Below are positions 1 through 7,966 of a DNA stretch of 63,039 nucleotides, piece after piece. Source of the DNA: an uncultured Muribaculaceae bacterium (GTDB lineage Bacteria > Bacillota_I > Bacilli_A > RF39 > UBA660); contig CAZJSD010000002.1 of NCBI GenBank assembly GCA_964548815.1, positions 1 through 63,039 of the forward strand, read 5' to 3'. Each line of letters opens with the position of its first letter. Position 1 is the stretch's first letter. A program made the position numbers and the translations under genes. The notes under the pieces were generated by a model that was given only the letters and a program-made list of their open reading frames with translations, made no database searches and was not told the origin of the DNA.

Positions 1-13
1 AATTTTGACATAT

Positions 14-46
14 AAAAACCTCGTTTCCTATGTCCAAGAAACGGGG
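14..46 (-). terminator. Rho-independent terminator downstream of small peptide ORF copy 1
   Basis: Minus-strand RNA reads CCCCGUUUC-(10-nt loop)-GAAACGAGG followed by UUUUUAU. The stem is 9 bp with one C:A mismatch and lies 17 nt after the ORF stop. Confidence 0.6.
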
Positions 47-62
47 TTCATATCATTAGGTG

Positions 63-155
63 TCATTTTTTTATTTCAATTACTAACAAGATTAATAATA
101 GAATAATAAGGGTGAGATATCTAAAAATGGAAATTATAAAGTATCTCTTTTTCAT
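63..155 (-). CDS. 30-aa hydrophobic peptide MKKRYFIISIFRYLTLIILLLILLVIEIKK (candidate type I toxin-like membrane peptide), copy 1
   Basis: ATG at 155 with GGAGG 5 nt upstream; TGA stop at 63..65. One predicted TM helix flanked by KKR and KK. Missed by the ORF track because of its size. Confidence 0.6.
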   Translation of the reverse strand: MKKRYFIISIFRYLTLIILLLILLVIEIKK

Positions 156-159
156 TTTG

Positions 160-183
160 ACCTCCTTTCTTTTGAAAAAAGGT
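160..183 (-). promoter_or_regulatory. SD-sequestering hairpin in the leader of peptide ORF copy 1
   Basis: Minus-strand RNA ACCUUUUUUC-AAAA-GAAAGGAGGU forms a 10-bp stem (8 Watson-Crick plus 2 G:U) that buries the GGAGG. An upstream GGAGGUA can pair with the same UACCUUU segment instead. Confidence 0.5.
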
Positions 184-277
184 AGACACCAGTTACTTTA
201 CCTCCAATAATAATATTAGACGTAGATTATAAAAAGTCCCCTATAATTAAAAAAATATTTTTAAAATATTACAAATA

Positions 278-286
278 TGTTATAAT
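278..286 (+). promoter_or_regulatory. Extended -10 promoter-like element (TGtTATAAT) on the plus strand, pointing antisense into peptide module copy 2
   Basis: TG at 278..279 and TATAAT at 281..286. There is no good -35. No plus-strand ORF lies downstream. Confidence 0.3.
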
Positions 287-354
287 TTACTTAGGGAAGC
301 ATTTCACTAATGCCTACCTTTTGTTGGTTATTGGCATTCAGATTAATCTGGGTG

Positions 355-447
355 TCATTTTTTTATTACAATTACTAATATTATTAATAATAGAATAATA
401 AGAGAGATATATCTTAGTATGGATAGAATATAATATCTCTTTTTCAT
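355..447 (-). CDS. 30-aa hydrophobic peptide MKKRYYILSILRYISLIILLLIILVIVIKK, copy 2
   Basis: Same architecture as copy 1 (ATG 447, GGAGG 5 nt upstream, TGA 355..357). It differs from copy 1 at 7 of 30 residues, six of them conservative. Confidence 0.6.
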   Translation of the reverse strand: MKKRYYILSILRYISLIILLLIILVIVIKK

Positions 448-451
448 TTTG

Positions 452-475
452 ACCTCCTTTCTTTTGAAAAAAGGT
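452..475 (-). promoter_or_regulatory. SD-sequestering hairpin in the leader of peptide ORF copy 2
   Basis: Sequence identical to 160..183. Confidence 0.5.
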
Positions 476-540
476 AGACACCAGTTACTTTACCTCCAAT
501 AATAATATTAGCCGTAAGTTATAGAAATTCCTCTATAAAA

Positions 541-570
541 ACCAAAAAAGTCCAATTATTTGGACTTTTT
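541..570 (-). terminator. Rho-independent terminator after parC (hairpin is symmetric enough to work on both strands)
   Basis: Stem AAAAGUCCAA / UUGGACUUUU with a 4-nt loop, directly after the parC stop and followed by U-rich sequence. A T-run is also present on the plus strand. Confidence 0.7.
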
Positions 571-571
571 C

Positions 572-3112
572 TTATTCTATTTTAAAATCATCTAGAAAAT
601 CATCTATTGTTAGTATTTCTTCATCTATTTCTTTTAAACTAACTTCTTTTTTTACTTCTTCTTTTACTTCTACTTCTTTAACATCATCTTTATTTTCTAG
701 TTCTTTAACACTAAACATACTAACTATTCTAACCTTTGAAATAGTACTTCCTGTCGCATATCTATCTGCGATTGTTATTTCAGAGTTTTTTAAGATAGTT
801 ATACCTTTAATATTTAGCATACCTATCATATCTTTAGTATTTGTTATCATTGCACTTATTACTTTATGTGGATTTGTCTTAATAACTCTTATTAATAATA
901 ATCCTTTTCTTGCTCTTGATGATTTTTCCATCTCAGTAAGTTTTACTCTTTTAGCGGTACCTTTATCTGTTACTACAGTTATGTATTCTGATTCTTTATT
1001 AAATACTTCCGCTGAAACAACATAATCGTTATCAAGCTTAATAGCTTTTACACCTGCTGCCCTTACTCCAACAACTGGTATTTCAGATGCGTTATACCAT
1101 AAACCATAACCATTATTAGTTGCGATAAATACTTCTGTATATGGACTAGATGTAACACTAATTACTTCATCATCATATTTTAGTTTCATACATGCGATAG
1201 GTTTATTATATCTTTGTACCTTGAAATCAGAAAGATTACTACGTTTTACCATACCATTTTTACTAAATATAGTTATTACTTCCTTGTGGTCAAAATCATA
1301 TACTGGCATAGAATATACTACTTTTTCATCATCTTTAATAGTAATAACATTACTAATATGCTTACCCATATCTTTCCATTTCATATCAGGTAATTCATGA
1401 ACAGGTATATATAAATAATTACCTATATTAGTAAATACTAATAAAGTATCAAGAGTATTCATTTCATATAGACCAATTATATAATCATTCTCTTTTAAAG
1501 TAATATCTTCATCATTTGATGAATTATAGCTTCTCTTAGATACTCTCTTTACATATCCTTCTTTAGTAACCGCTACTACAACATCTTCTTTAGGAATTAA
1601 TGCTTCTTGATCTATCTTAATTTCTTCTACTTCATCAATTATTTCAGTACGTCTATCTTCACCATACTCTTTCTTAATATCTAGAAGTTCTTTCTTAATT
1701 TGTTTCATTAATTTCTTTTCATCAGATAGAAGTGCTTCTAAACCTTCAATCACTTTAGTAAGGTTAGCAAGTTCTTCTTCTAAAGATACTATATCTGTAT
1801 TAGTTAATCTATATAATTGTAACTTAACAATAGCCGTTGCTTGATCTATAGTAAATCCATATTCTTTAGCTAGATTTTCTATAGCATCTTGTTTATTTTT
1901 ACTTGCTCTAATAGTTCTAATAACATCATCTAGAATTGATATAGCTTTTATTAAACCTTCAACTATATGAAATCTTTCTTTAGCGTGTGCTAAATCAAAT
2001 CTACTTCTTCTAGTTATAACTTCTTTTTGATGATTTATATATGCATCTAATATATCTATAATACCTACTTCTTTAGGTCTTCTATCTACTATCGCAATCA
2101 TATTATAGTTATATGTAACTTGCATATCAGTATTCTTTAATAAATAATTTAATATTAATTCAGTATTAGCGTCCTTTTTAAGATCAATAGTAATTATTAA
2201 TTCTCCTCTAGATGTTCCATCTACTACTTCATTAATACCATCAATCTTTTTCTCTATTCTAATATCATTCATCTTTTTAACTAAAGCTGCCTTATTAACT
2301 TCATAAGGTATTTCAGTTATTATGATTTGATTCTTACCTTTTTCAGTATTAAAATGATATTTTGATTTTACTACTACTTTTCCTTTACCAGTTTCCATTG
2401 CTTTTCTAATTTCATCTTTTCCACAAGCGATTCCTCCAGTAGGAAAATCTGGTCCTTGTACTATTTCTAATATATCATCTAGTGTGCAACTTGGTTTTTC
2501 TATTCTTAATACTGTTGCATCAATTATCTCACTTAGATTATGTGGTGGGATGTCTGTTGCGTAACCAGCAGAAATTCCTGTCGCACCATTAACAAGTAGA
2601 TTTGGAAATTTACAAGGTAATACTGTTGGTTCTAATTCTGTATCATCATAGTTTGGTGCCATTTCTACAGTATCTTTTTCTATATCTTTAAGTATTTCAC
2701 CTGCAATCTTAGAAAGTCTAACTTCTGTATAACGCATTGCAGCAGCTGAATCTCCATCCATAGATCCATTGTTACCATGCATATCTACATATGGAGTTAG
2801 CATTTTCCAGTCTTGGCTCATTCTTACCATCGCATCATATATTGATGAATCACCATGTGGATGGTATTTACCCATGATATCTCCAACTGCTCTTGCTGAC
2901 TTTCTATATTTATTATCATAGGTATTTTTACCTTTATACATTCCGTATAAAATTCTTCTTTGAACTGGCTTTAAACCATCTCTTACATCTGGTATAGCTC
3001 TATCTTGAATAATCTCTTTAGCATATCTACCAAATCTATCCCCCATAATTTCTTCTAGGGCATAATCATTAATTTTTTGTAATATTTCTTCAGTTTCTTT
3101 TTTTCTTGCCAT
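572..3112 (-). CDS. parC: DNA topoisomerase IV subunit A (type IIA topoisomerase A subunit)
   Basis: 846 aa with RAIPDVRDGLKPVQRRILY and HPHGDSSIYDAMVRMSQDW motifs. KPVQRR and the N-terminal DRFGRYAKEIIQ block are typical of Gram-positive ParC/GrlA rather than GyrA. It lies directly downstream of the B subunit. Confidence 0.85.
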   Translation of the reverse strand: MARKKETEEILQKINDYALEEIMGDRFGRYAKEIIQDRAIPDVRDGLKPVQRRILYGMYKGKNTYDNKYRKSARAVGDIMGKYHPHGDSSIYDAMVRMSQDWKMLTPYVDMHGNNGSMDGDSAAAMRYTEVRLSKIAGEILKDIEKDTVEMAPNYDDTELEPTVLPCKFPNLLVNGATGISAGYATDIPPHNLSEIIDATVLRIEKPSCTLDDILEIVQGPDFPTGGIACGKDEIRKAMETGKGKVVVKSKYHFNTEKGKNQIIITEIPYEVNKAALVKKMNDIRIEKKIDGINEVVDGTSRGELIITIDLKKDANTELILNYLLKNTDMQVTYNYNMIAIVDRRPKEVGIIDILDAYINHQKEVITRRSRFDLAHAKERFHIVEGLIKAISILDDVIRTIRASKNKQDAIENLAKEYGFTIDQATAIVKLQLYRLTNTDIVSLEEELANLTKVIEGLEALLSDEKKLMKQIKKELLDIKKEYGEDRRTEIIDEVEEIKIDQEALIPKEDVVVAVTKEGYVKRVSKRSYNSSNDEDITLKENDYIIGLYEMNTLDTLLVFTNIGNYLYIPVHELPDMKWKDMGKHISNVITIKDDEKVVYSMPVYDFDHKEVITIFSKNGMVKRSNLSDFKVQRYNKPIACMKLKYDDEVISVTSSPYTEVFIATNNGYGLWYNASEIPVVGVRAAGVKAIKLDNDYVVSAEVFNKESEYITVVTDKGTAKRVKLTEMEKSSRARKGLLLIRVIKTNPHKVISAMITNTKDMIGMLNIKGITILKNSEITIADRYATGSTISKVRIVSMFSVKELENKDDVKEVEVKEEVKKEVSLKEIDEEILTIDDFLDDFKIE

Positions 3113-3120
3113 ATTACCAC

Positions 3121-5028
3121 CTACTTAATTTGATAGTCGTCTTCTAAAGAGAATTCGACATTTTCCTCTATCCATACTTTTCTTGGTTCTACTTTTTCTC
3201 CCATAAGAACAGATACTCTTTTTTCAGCAAGTACTGCATCAGTAATATTTACTCTTATAAGAGTTCTTTTTGCTGGATCCATTGTTGTATCCCAAAGCTG
3301 TTCAGCATCCATTTCACCAAGTCCTTTATATCTTTGTAAATCTTCTACTGATTTACCTTTTGTTATTTCTTTTAATTCTTCATCTGAATAAACATATACT
3401 TCTTCTTTTTTATTAAACTTAACTTTATATAAAGGAGGACATGCGATATATAATCTTCCTTCTTCTATTAATGGTTTCATATATCTATAGAAGAACGTTA
3501 TTAATAATACCTGTATATGACATCCATCAACATCGGCATCGGTCATTATTATTACTTTATCATAGTTACAATTCTTTATATTAAAGTCTCCTCCAACACC
3601 TGCGCCAATTGTATAAATAAGAGTATTTATTTCAGCATTTTTATATGCATCATCAAGTGATGCTTTTTCAGTATTTAATACTTTACCTCTTAAAGGAAGT
3701 ATAGCTTGATAAGATCTATCTCTTCCTGATTTAGCAGAACCACCAGCTGAATCACCCTCTACTATGAATAATTCATTTTTAGATGCATCATGACGAGACG
3801 CTGGAGCTAGTTTATCAGATATATTCTTTTCTTTTTTAGTACCTGTACTTTTTCTAGCTTCATCTCTAGCTTTTCTAGCAGCATCTCTTGCCATCTTACC
3901 TTTTAAGGCTTTATTAATTATATTAACAGCGCTATCCTTATTTTCTTCTAAATAGAACTGCATATTTTCTAAAGTTATGTTTTCTGTTACTGGTTTAGCA
4001 ATTGGAGTCCCTAATTTACCTTTAGTTTGTCCTTCAAATTGAAGTAATGCTTCAGGTATTTTTAAAGATATAACCGCAGTTAATCCTTCTCTTACATCTG
4101 CTCCTTCAAAGTTCTTATCTTTAGCCTTTAAGAAATTATTCTTTCTAGCATAATCATTAAATACTTTTGTTAATGCACTCTTAAATCCTACTTCATGAGA
4201 ACCTCCATCAGCAGTCTTAACATTATTAACAAATGATACTATATTTTCATTATAAGAATCAGTATATTGCATAGCTATTTCAACTTCTATACCATCTTTA
4301 GATCCTTTAAAATGTAATATATTATTAATAGGAGTTTTATCTTCATTTATATATTCAACAAAAGACTTAATACCATTATCATAATGATATTTAGCTTCTC
4401 TTCCTTTTATTTCATCTATTACTTCTACAGTTAATCCCTTAAGAAGGAATGCAGACTCTTGCATACGTTCACATATTAAAGTAAATGAGAAATCTGTTGT
4501 ACTAAATAAATCTTTATTAGGTAAGAATCTAACAAGTGTTCCTGTTTTATTTGTTTTACCTACTTCTTCAAGTTTAGATACGACTTTTCCACCATCTTTA
4601 AAACTAATAGTATATTCTTTTCCATCTCTTCTAGAATTAACTACCATATAACTAGATAATGCATTAACTACAGACGCACCAACACCATGAAGTCCTCCAG
4701 ATACTTTATAGTTACCTTCTTCAAATTTTCCTCCAGCATGAAGAACAGTATAAATTACTTCTACTGTACTTTTTCCTGATTCATGTTTACCAACTGGTAC
4801 ACCCCTACCATTATCCTGAACACTAACTGATCCATCTTTATGTAATGTGATCTTAATAGAATCACCATAACCATTCATTACTTCATCTATAGAGTTATCA
4901 ACAATTTCCCATACTAAATGATGAAGACCCCTTTTATCTGTAGACCCTATATACATACCAGGTCTTTTTCTAACAGCTTCTAATCCCTCTAATATTTTTA
5001 TTGAACTTTCATCATACTTAGATGCCAT
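3121..5028 (-). CDS. parE: DNA topoisomerase IV subunit B
   Basis: GHKL ATPase and TOPRIM motifs (LEAVRKRPGMYIGS, EGDSAGGSAK, PLRGKVLN, DADVDGCHI). The start is placed at the second ATG (MASKYDES) because AGGAGG abuts the first ATG at 5034. Confidence 0.85.
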   Translation of the reverse strand: MASKYDESSIKILEGLEAVRKRPGMYIGSTDKRGLHHLVWEIVDNSIDEVMNGYGDSIKITLHKDGSVSVQDNGRGVPVGKHESGKSTVEVIYTVLHAGGKFEEGNYKVSGGLHGVGASVVNALSSYMVVNSRRDGKEYTISFKDGGKVVSKLEEVGKTNKTGTLVRFLPNKDLFSTTDFSFTLICERMQESAFLLKGLTVEVIDEIKGREAKYHYDNGIKSFVEYINEDKTPINNILHFKGSKDGIEVEIAMQYTDSYNENIVSFVNNVKTADGGSHEVGFKSALTKVFNDYARKNNFLKAKDKNFEGADVREGLTAVISLKIPEALLQFEGQTKGKLGTPIAKPVTENITLENMQFYLEENKDSAVNIINKALKGKMARDAARKARDEARKSTGTKKEKNISDKLAPASRHDASKNELFIVEGDSAGGSAKSGRDRSYQAILPLRGKVLNTEKASLDDAYKNAEINTLIYTIGAGVGGDFNIKNCNYDKVIIMTDADVDGCHIQVLLITFFYRYMKPLIEEGRLYIACPPLYKVKFNKKEEVYVYSDEELKEITKGKSVEDLQRYKGLGEMDAEQLWDTTMDPAKRTLIRVNITDAVLAEKRVSVLMGEKVEPRKVWIEENVEFSLEDDYQIK

Positions 5029-5059
5029 ATACATCCTCCTTTAGTATCAAACATATTGA

Positions 5060-5089
5060 ATTATAACACAAAAAACACTTTTTTTACAA
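5060..5089 (-). promoter_or_regulatory. Sigma-A-type promoter for parE-parC
   Basis: Minus strand reads TTGTAA-18 nt-TATAAT with TG at the extended -10 position (TGtTATAAT), about 30 nt upstream of the parE start. Confidence 0.55.
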
Positions 5090-5099
5090 GTATATAAAA

Positions 5100-5127
5100 G
5101 AAAAATGTAAAGCAAATGCCTTACATT
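5100..5127 (-). terminator. Rho-independent terminator after the 203-aa gene
   Basis: Minus-strand hairpin AUGUAAG-GCAUUUG-CUUUACAU (one bulge) followed by UUUUUCUUUU, starting 2 nt after the stop. Confidence 0.6.
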
Positions 5128-5128
5128 T

Positions 5129-5740
5129 TTATCTTTGTGATGAACAAATTAAGCCTGTATTTGTAGATAATAGTACTTTTTCTATTTTTGTACCATTAAT
5201 TTTTAAATTATATGTCTCAAGTTTGTCATTATCTCTTGATGAATAATCAGGAGTACATTGATAATAGATTAGATTGTTTTCATCAATTATCCATTTACTA
5301 GTATCTGCTTTATTCCCTAATATTGCTCCAAAAGAATTTCCTACTTCTTCAACTTTTTCTAAGTTAGAGTTGTATATTTCAAATTTATAATTCGACATCT
5401 TTTCATACCCTATAACTAAATAATCACCCATAATAGCTATATTACTAATTCCTTGATTAGATATTTCAATAACCTTATCGTCTACATATATTTTACTTAG
5501 TAGATTTGTATCATCAAAAATATATTTAATATTAACTTCTTTTCCATTAAATTCTACTTTCCCAAAATCCATATCATCAATAGATAATTCCCCAGAGTAA
5601 AGTCTATATTTAGATTCGTTTTTAACTGTATCTTTATTATTTGTAGCATTGCTATCATTTGTAGTAGTCTTTTCTACTACAGTTTCTTTAATAGTATATC
5701 CTGTTTTAATTATTCCTATTTCATTTAAGAATAAAAACAT
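5129..5740 (-). CDS. Hypothetical protein (probably the body of a membrane-anchored protein whose N-terminus lies in another frame)
   Basis: 203-aa ORF with no recognisable motifs and no convincing SD in front of ATG 5740. Confidence 0.5.
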   Translation of the reverse strand: MFLFLNEIGIIKTGYTIKETVVEKTTTNDSNATNNKDTVKNESKYRLYSGELSIDDMDFGKVEFNGKEVNIKYIFDDTNLLSKIYVDDKVIEISNQGISNIAIMGDYLVIGYEKMSNYKFEIYNSNLEKVEEVGNSFGAILGNKADTSKWIIDENNLIYYQCTPDYSSRDNDKLETYNLKINGTKIEKVLLSTNTGLICSSQR

Positions 5741-5810
5741 TACCCCCTATAATTAACAATAATAAAATAACCATTACTACTAAACCTGTATTACTTTTTT
5801 TATTTTCCAT
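5721..5810 (-). other. 29-codon ORF encoding an N-terminal TM anchor, offset by one nucleotide from 5129..5740 at a G5 run
   Basis: GAGGTGA SD 6 nt before ATG 5810. It encodes MENKKSNTGLVVMVILLLLIIGGNVFILK and ends at a TGA. Deleting one G from the GGGGG run (plus-strand CCCCC 5743..5747) fuses it in frame to the 203-aa ORF. Confidence 0.45.
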
Positions 5811-5856
5811 TTCTTTCACCTCTATTATAATCATACCCCCACATTTTTATTTCAAT

Positions 5857-5886
5857 AAAAAGAATTAGTACTTAACTAATTCTTTA
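5857..5886 (-). terminator. Rho-independent terminator after the nucleotidyltransferase gene
   Basis: 11-bp stem AAAGAAUUAGU / ACUAAUUCUUU with a 5-nt loop, then UUAUUG. Confidence 0.6.
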
Positions 5887-5913
5887 CAATTTTTTATTTT
5901 TTTATTATTTTAC

Positions 5914-6807
5914 CTAATTATTCCATAAATTATCTGGATATTCTTTATTCAATGTTAATTTCTTCAAAGCTTTTCTAACTTCTGGGACATCTTCTCTATA
6001 TGTAACTCCATACCAAGAAGAATTAGTATCAAGTACTCTTACTACTTTACCTTCTTCAACTGCTCTTTCAAGTTCTATAGGTATTAAGAACTCACAAGAA
6101 TCCAAATTATTTTCATTTTCTTTAAAGAAAATATTCATTCTTTTTTCTATGAATGGAAATATAGATGGATCAAATGTAAGCATATTCATTGATACTAAAT
6201 CATCACTTTTTACATCAAATACTTCACCATTTTCTAGTGATGTTGCCTTTATTTGATTTCCTACATATTCTAGTTTACTTTCTTTAATTGATTTTAAATT
6301 TCCATTTTCTGCCTTAATAACTCCTCTTTTTACAGATCCGTTTTCAGTCATAGTATTTTTTGCCTTATATCCAACAGTAGCATACTTATTATCGTTTGAA
6401 CTTCTTAAAAAATCTCTAGCTACCATAAATGCATCTCTTCCATAAAAATCATCTGCATTAATAACTAAAAATGGCCCAGTTATTTTATCCTTTGCTTCAT
6501 ATATAGCTTGAGCAGTTCCCCATGGTTTTTCTCTTCCTTCAGGTATTTTTACAAATGATGGAATATCTTCCATTTTTTGGAATACATATTCAACATCCAT
6601 ATATGGTTCTACTCTCTTTCCTATAGTATTCTTAAAATCTTTATGGTTTTCCTCTTTAATAATAAATACAACCTTATCAAATCCAGCTAATTTCGCATCA
6701 TAAATTGAATAATCAATAATAAACTCATCATTAGGACCCATTGGTTCTATTTGCTTTAATCCTCCAAATCTACTTCCCATACCAGCAGCCATAATTAATA
6801 ATTCCAT
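5914..6807 (-). CDS. Sugar-phosphate nucleotidyltransferase family protein
   Basis: N-terminal MAAGMGSRFGGLKQ signature (G-x-G-x-R-F/L) of NTP-sugar transferases. 297 aa. Confidence 0.7.
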   Translation of the reverse strand: MELLIMAAGMGSRFGGLKQIEPMGPNDEFIIDYSIYDAKLAGFDKVVFIIKEENHKDFKNTIGKRVEPYMDVEYVFQKMEDIPSFVKIPEGREKPWGTAQAIYEAKDKITGPFLVINADDFYGRDAFMVARDFLRSSNDNKYATVGYKAKNTMTENGSVKRGVIKAENGNLKSIKESKLEYVGNQIKATSLENGEVFDVKSDDLVSMNMLTFDPSIFPFIEKRMNIFFKENENNLDSCEFLIPIELERAVEEGKVVRVLDTNSSWYGVTYREDVPEVRKALKKLTLNKEYPDNLWNN

Positions 6808-6989
6808 TTTTACACCTCTAACTTACTTTCTTAATTGACTTATGATTTTTAACGATTCTTTAACTTATACATAGTTTAAGTAGTTGTTTTGATTATACAA
6901 ACAAACTCACTACAATTAACATATTAATTAACTATTACTATGAAACTTGTTTTAAATCATTATTAGTAATCATTTATTATTTGTTTTAT

Positions 6990-7016
6990 AGATGAGAACA
7001 ATTCATCTTTTTTTTC
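6990..7016 (+). terminator. Orphan plus-strand terminator-like hairpin inside a 418-bp intergenic region
   Basis: AGATGA-gaacaat-TCATCT followed by TTTTTTTT on the plus strand. There is no plus-strand ORF upstream. Confidence 0.3.
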
Positions 7017-7225
7017 TTGCTCTTGTAAATCATCCCTGTTTTAGAAATAAACCTACTCGGAACATTACTTGATATTTTACCATAAAGTAATATACTTCGT
7101 AAACTAATATTTTTTATTTTTTCTTGTTCATGAAAAAGAAACATATAAAACCCTATGGTACAAATATATATGACAAAAACTTTAAAAAAATAGTAAAAAA
7201 AATTATTTTTTAAAAGTGAAATTTT

Positions 7226-7918
7226 TTATTGATAAAAATATTTATTTAAAACTGATGTAACTTTTAGATATCCTAAATTATTTAAATGTAACCCTTCTCT
7301 TGTATATAATTCTTTTAAATATCCTTCCTTATCAACTAATTTACTGTAGACATCTATATAGTTAACACCACTTTCAATACACATATCTTTTATTTTCTTA
7401 TTAATGCTCTTTATTCTATTATTATCCATTTGTCTACAATAACCATAATCAGTTTCGACCATCTTTTTTGTATTTACAGGATAAATAGATTCTACATATA
7501 TAATAGCATTTCTTCTATTGTTTTTTATTCCATTAATAATAGTTTGAATATTAAACAAAATATCTTTTTCTTCTACATTTATACATAGATCATTAATACC
7601 AATAAGCAAAAATACTTTTGATGGATTATATTTGTATACATCTTCGTCTATTCTATTTATTAAATCCTCTGTTTTGTTTCCACTAATACCACTATTAATT
7701 ACATTTTTCTTTGGATAATACTTATCTACTTCATATTGATCAGTAATTGAATCACCAAAAAAAACTACGTTTTCATCTATAGCATTTGGTGCTTCTTTTT
7801 TAGTATTAGAAATATATAGTACAATATTTATTGTAATAGATACAAATAAAGCAACAATCAAAAAGATTAATACTATTTTTTTTGAAAAATCTTTTTTTTC
7901 TTTCCCATTATTTTTCAT
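7226..7918 (-). CDS. Membrane-anchored SGNH/GDSL family hydrolase
   Basis: N-terminal TM helix, then FFGDSITD (block I), GINDL and EGLHLN motifs. Confidence 0.75.
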   Translation of the reverse strand: MKNNGKEKKDFSKKIVLIFLIVALFVSITINIVLYISNTKKEAPNAIDENVVFFGDSITDQYEVDKYYPKKNVINSGISGNKTEDLINRIDEDVYKYNPSKVFLLIGINDLCINVEEKDILFNIQTIINGIKNNRRNAIIYVESIYPVNTKKMVETDYGYCRQMDNNRIKSINKKIKDMCIESGVNYIDVYSKLVDKEGYLKELYTREGLHLNNLGYLKVTSVLNKYFYQ

Positions 7919-7966
7919 TTTATTACCCCCATAAATAATAATTAGAACTATTATATCATAATTTAA

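Larger units (their letters stand above)
59..246. repeat. Copy 1 of a 188-bp directly duplicated module (small ORF plus conserved leader)
   Basis: Hand alignment to 351..538 (offset exactly 292 nt, no indels) gives about 21 mismatches in 188 nt. The block 142..219 is identical to 434..511. Confidence 0.85.
351..538. repeat. Copy 2 of the 188-bp duplicated module
   Basis: See copy 1. The leader is identical and the coding part has diverged. Confidence 0.85.
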
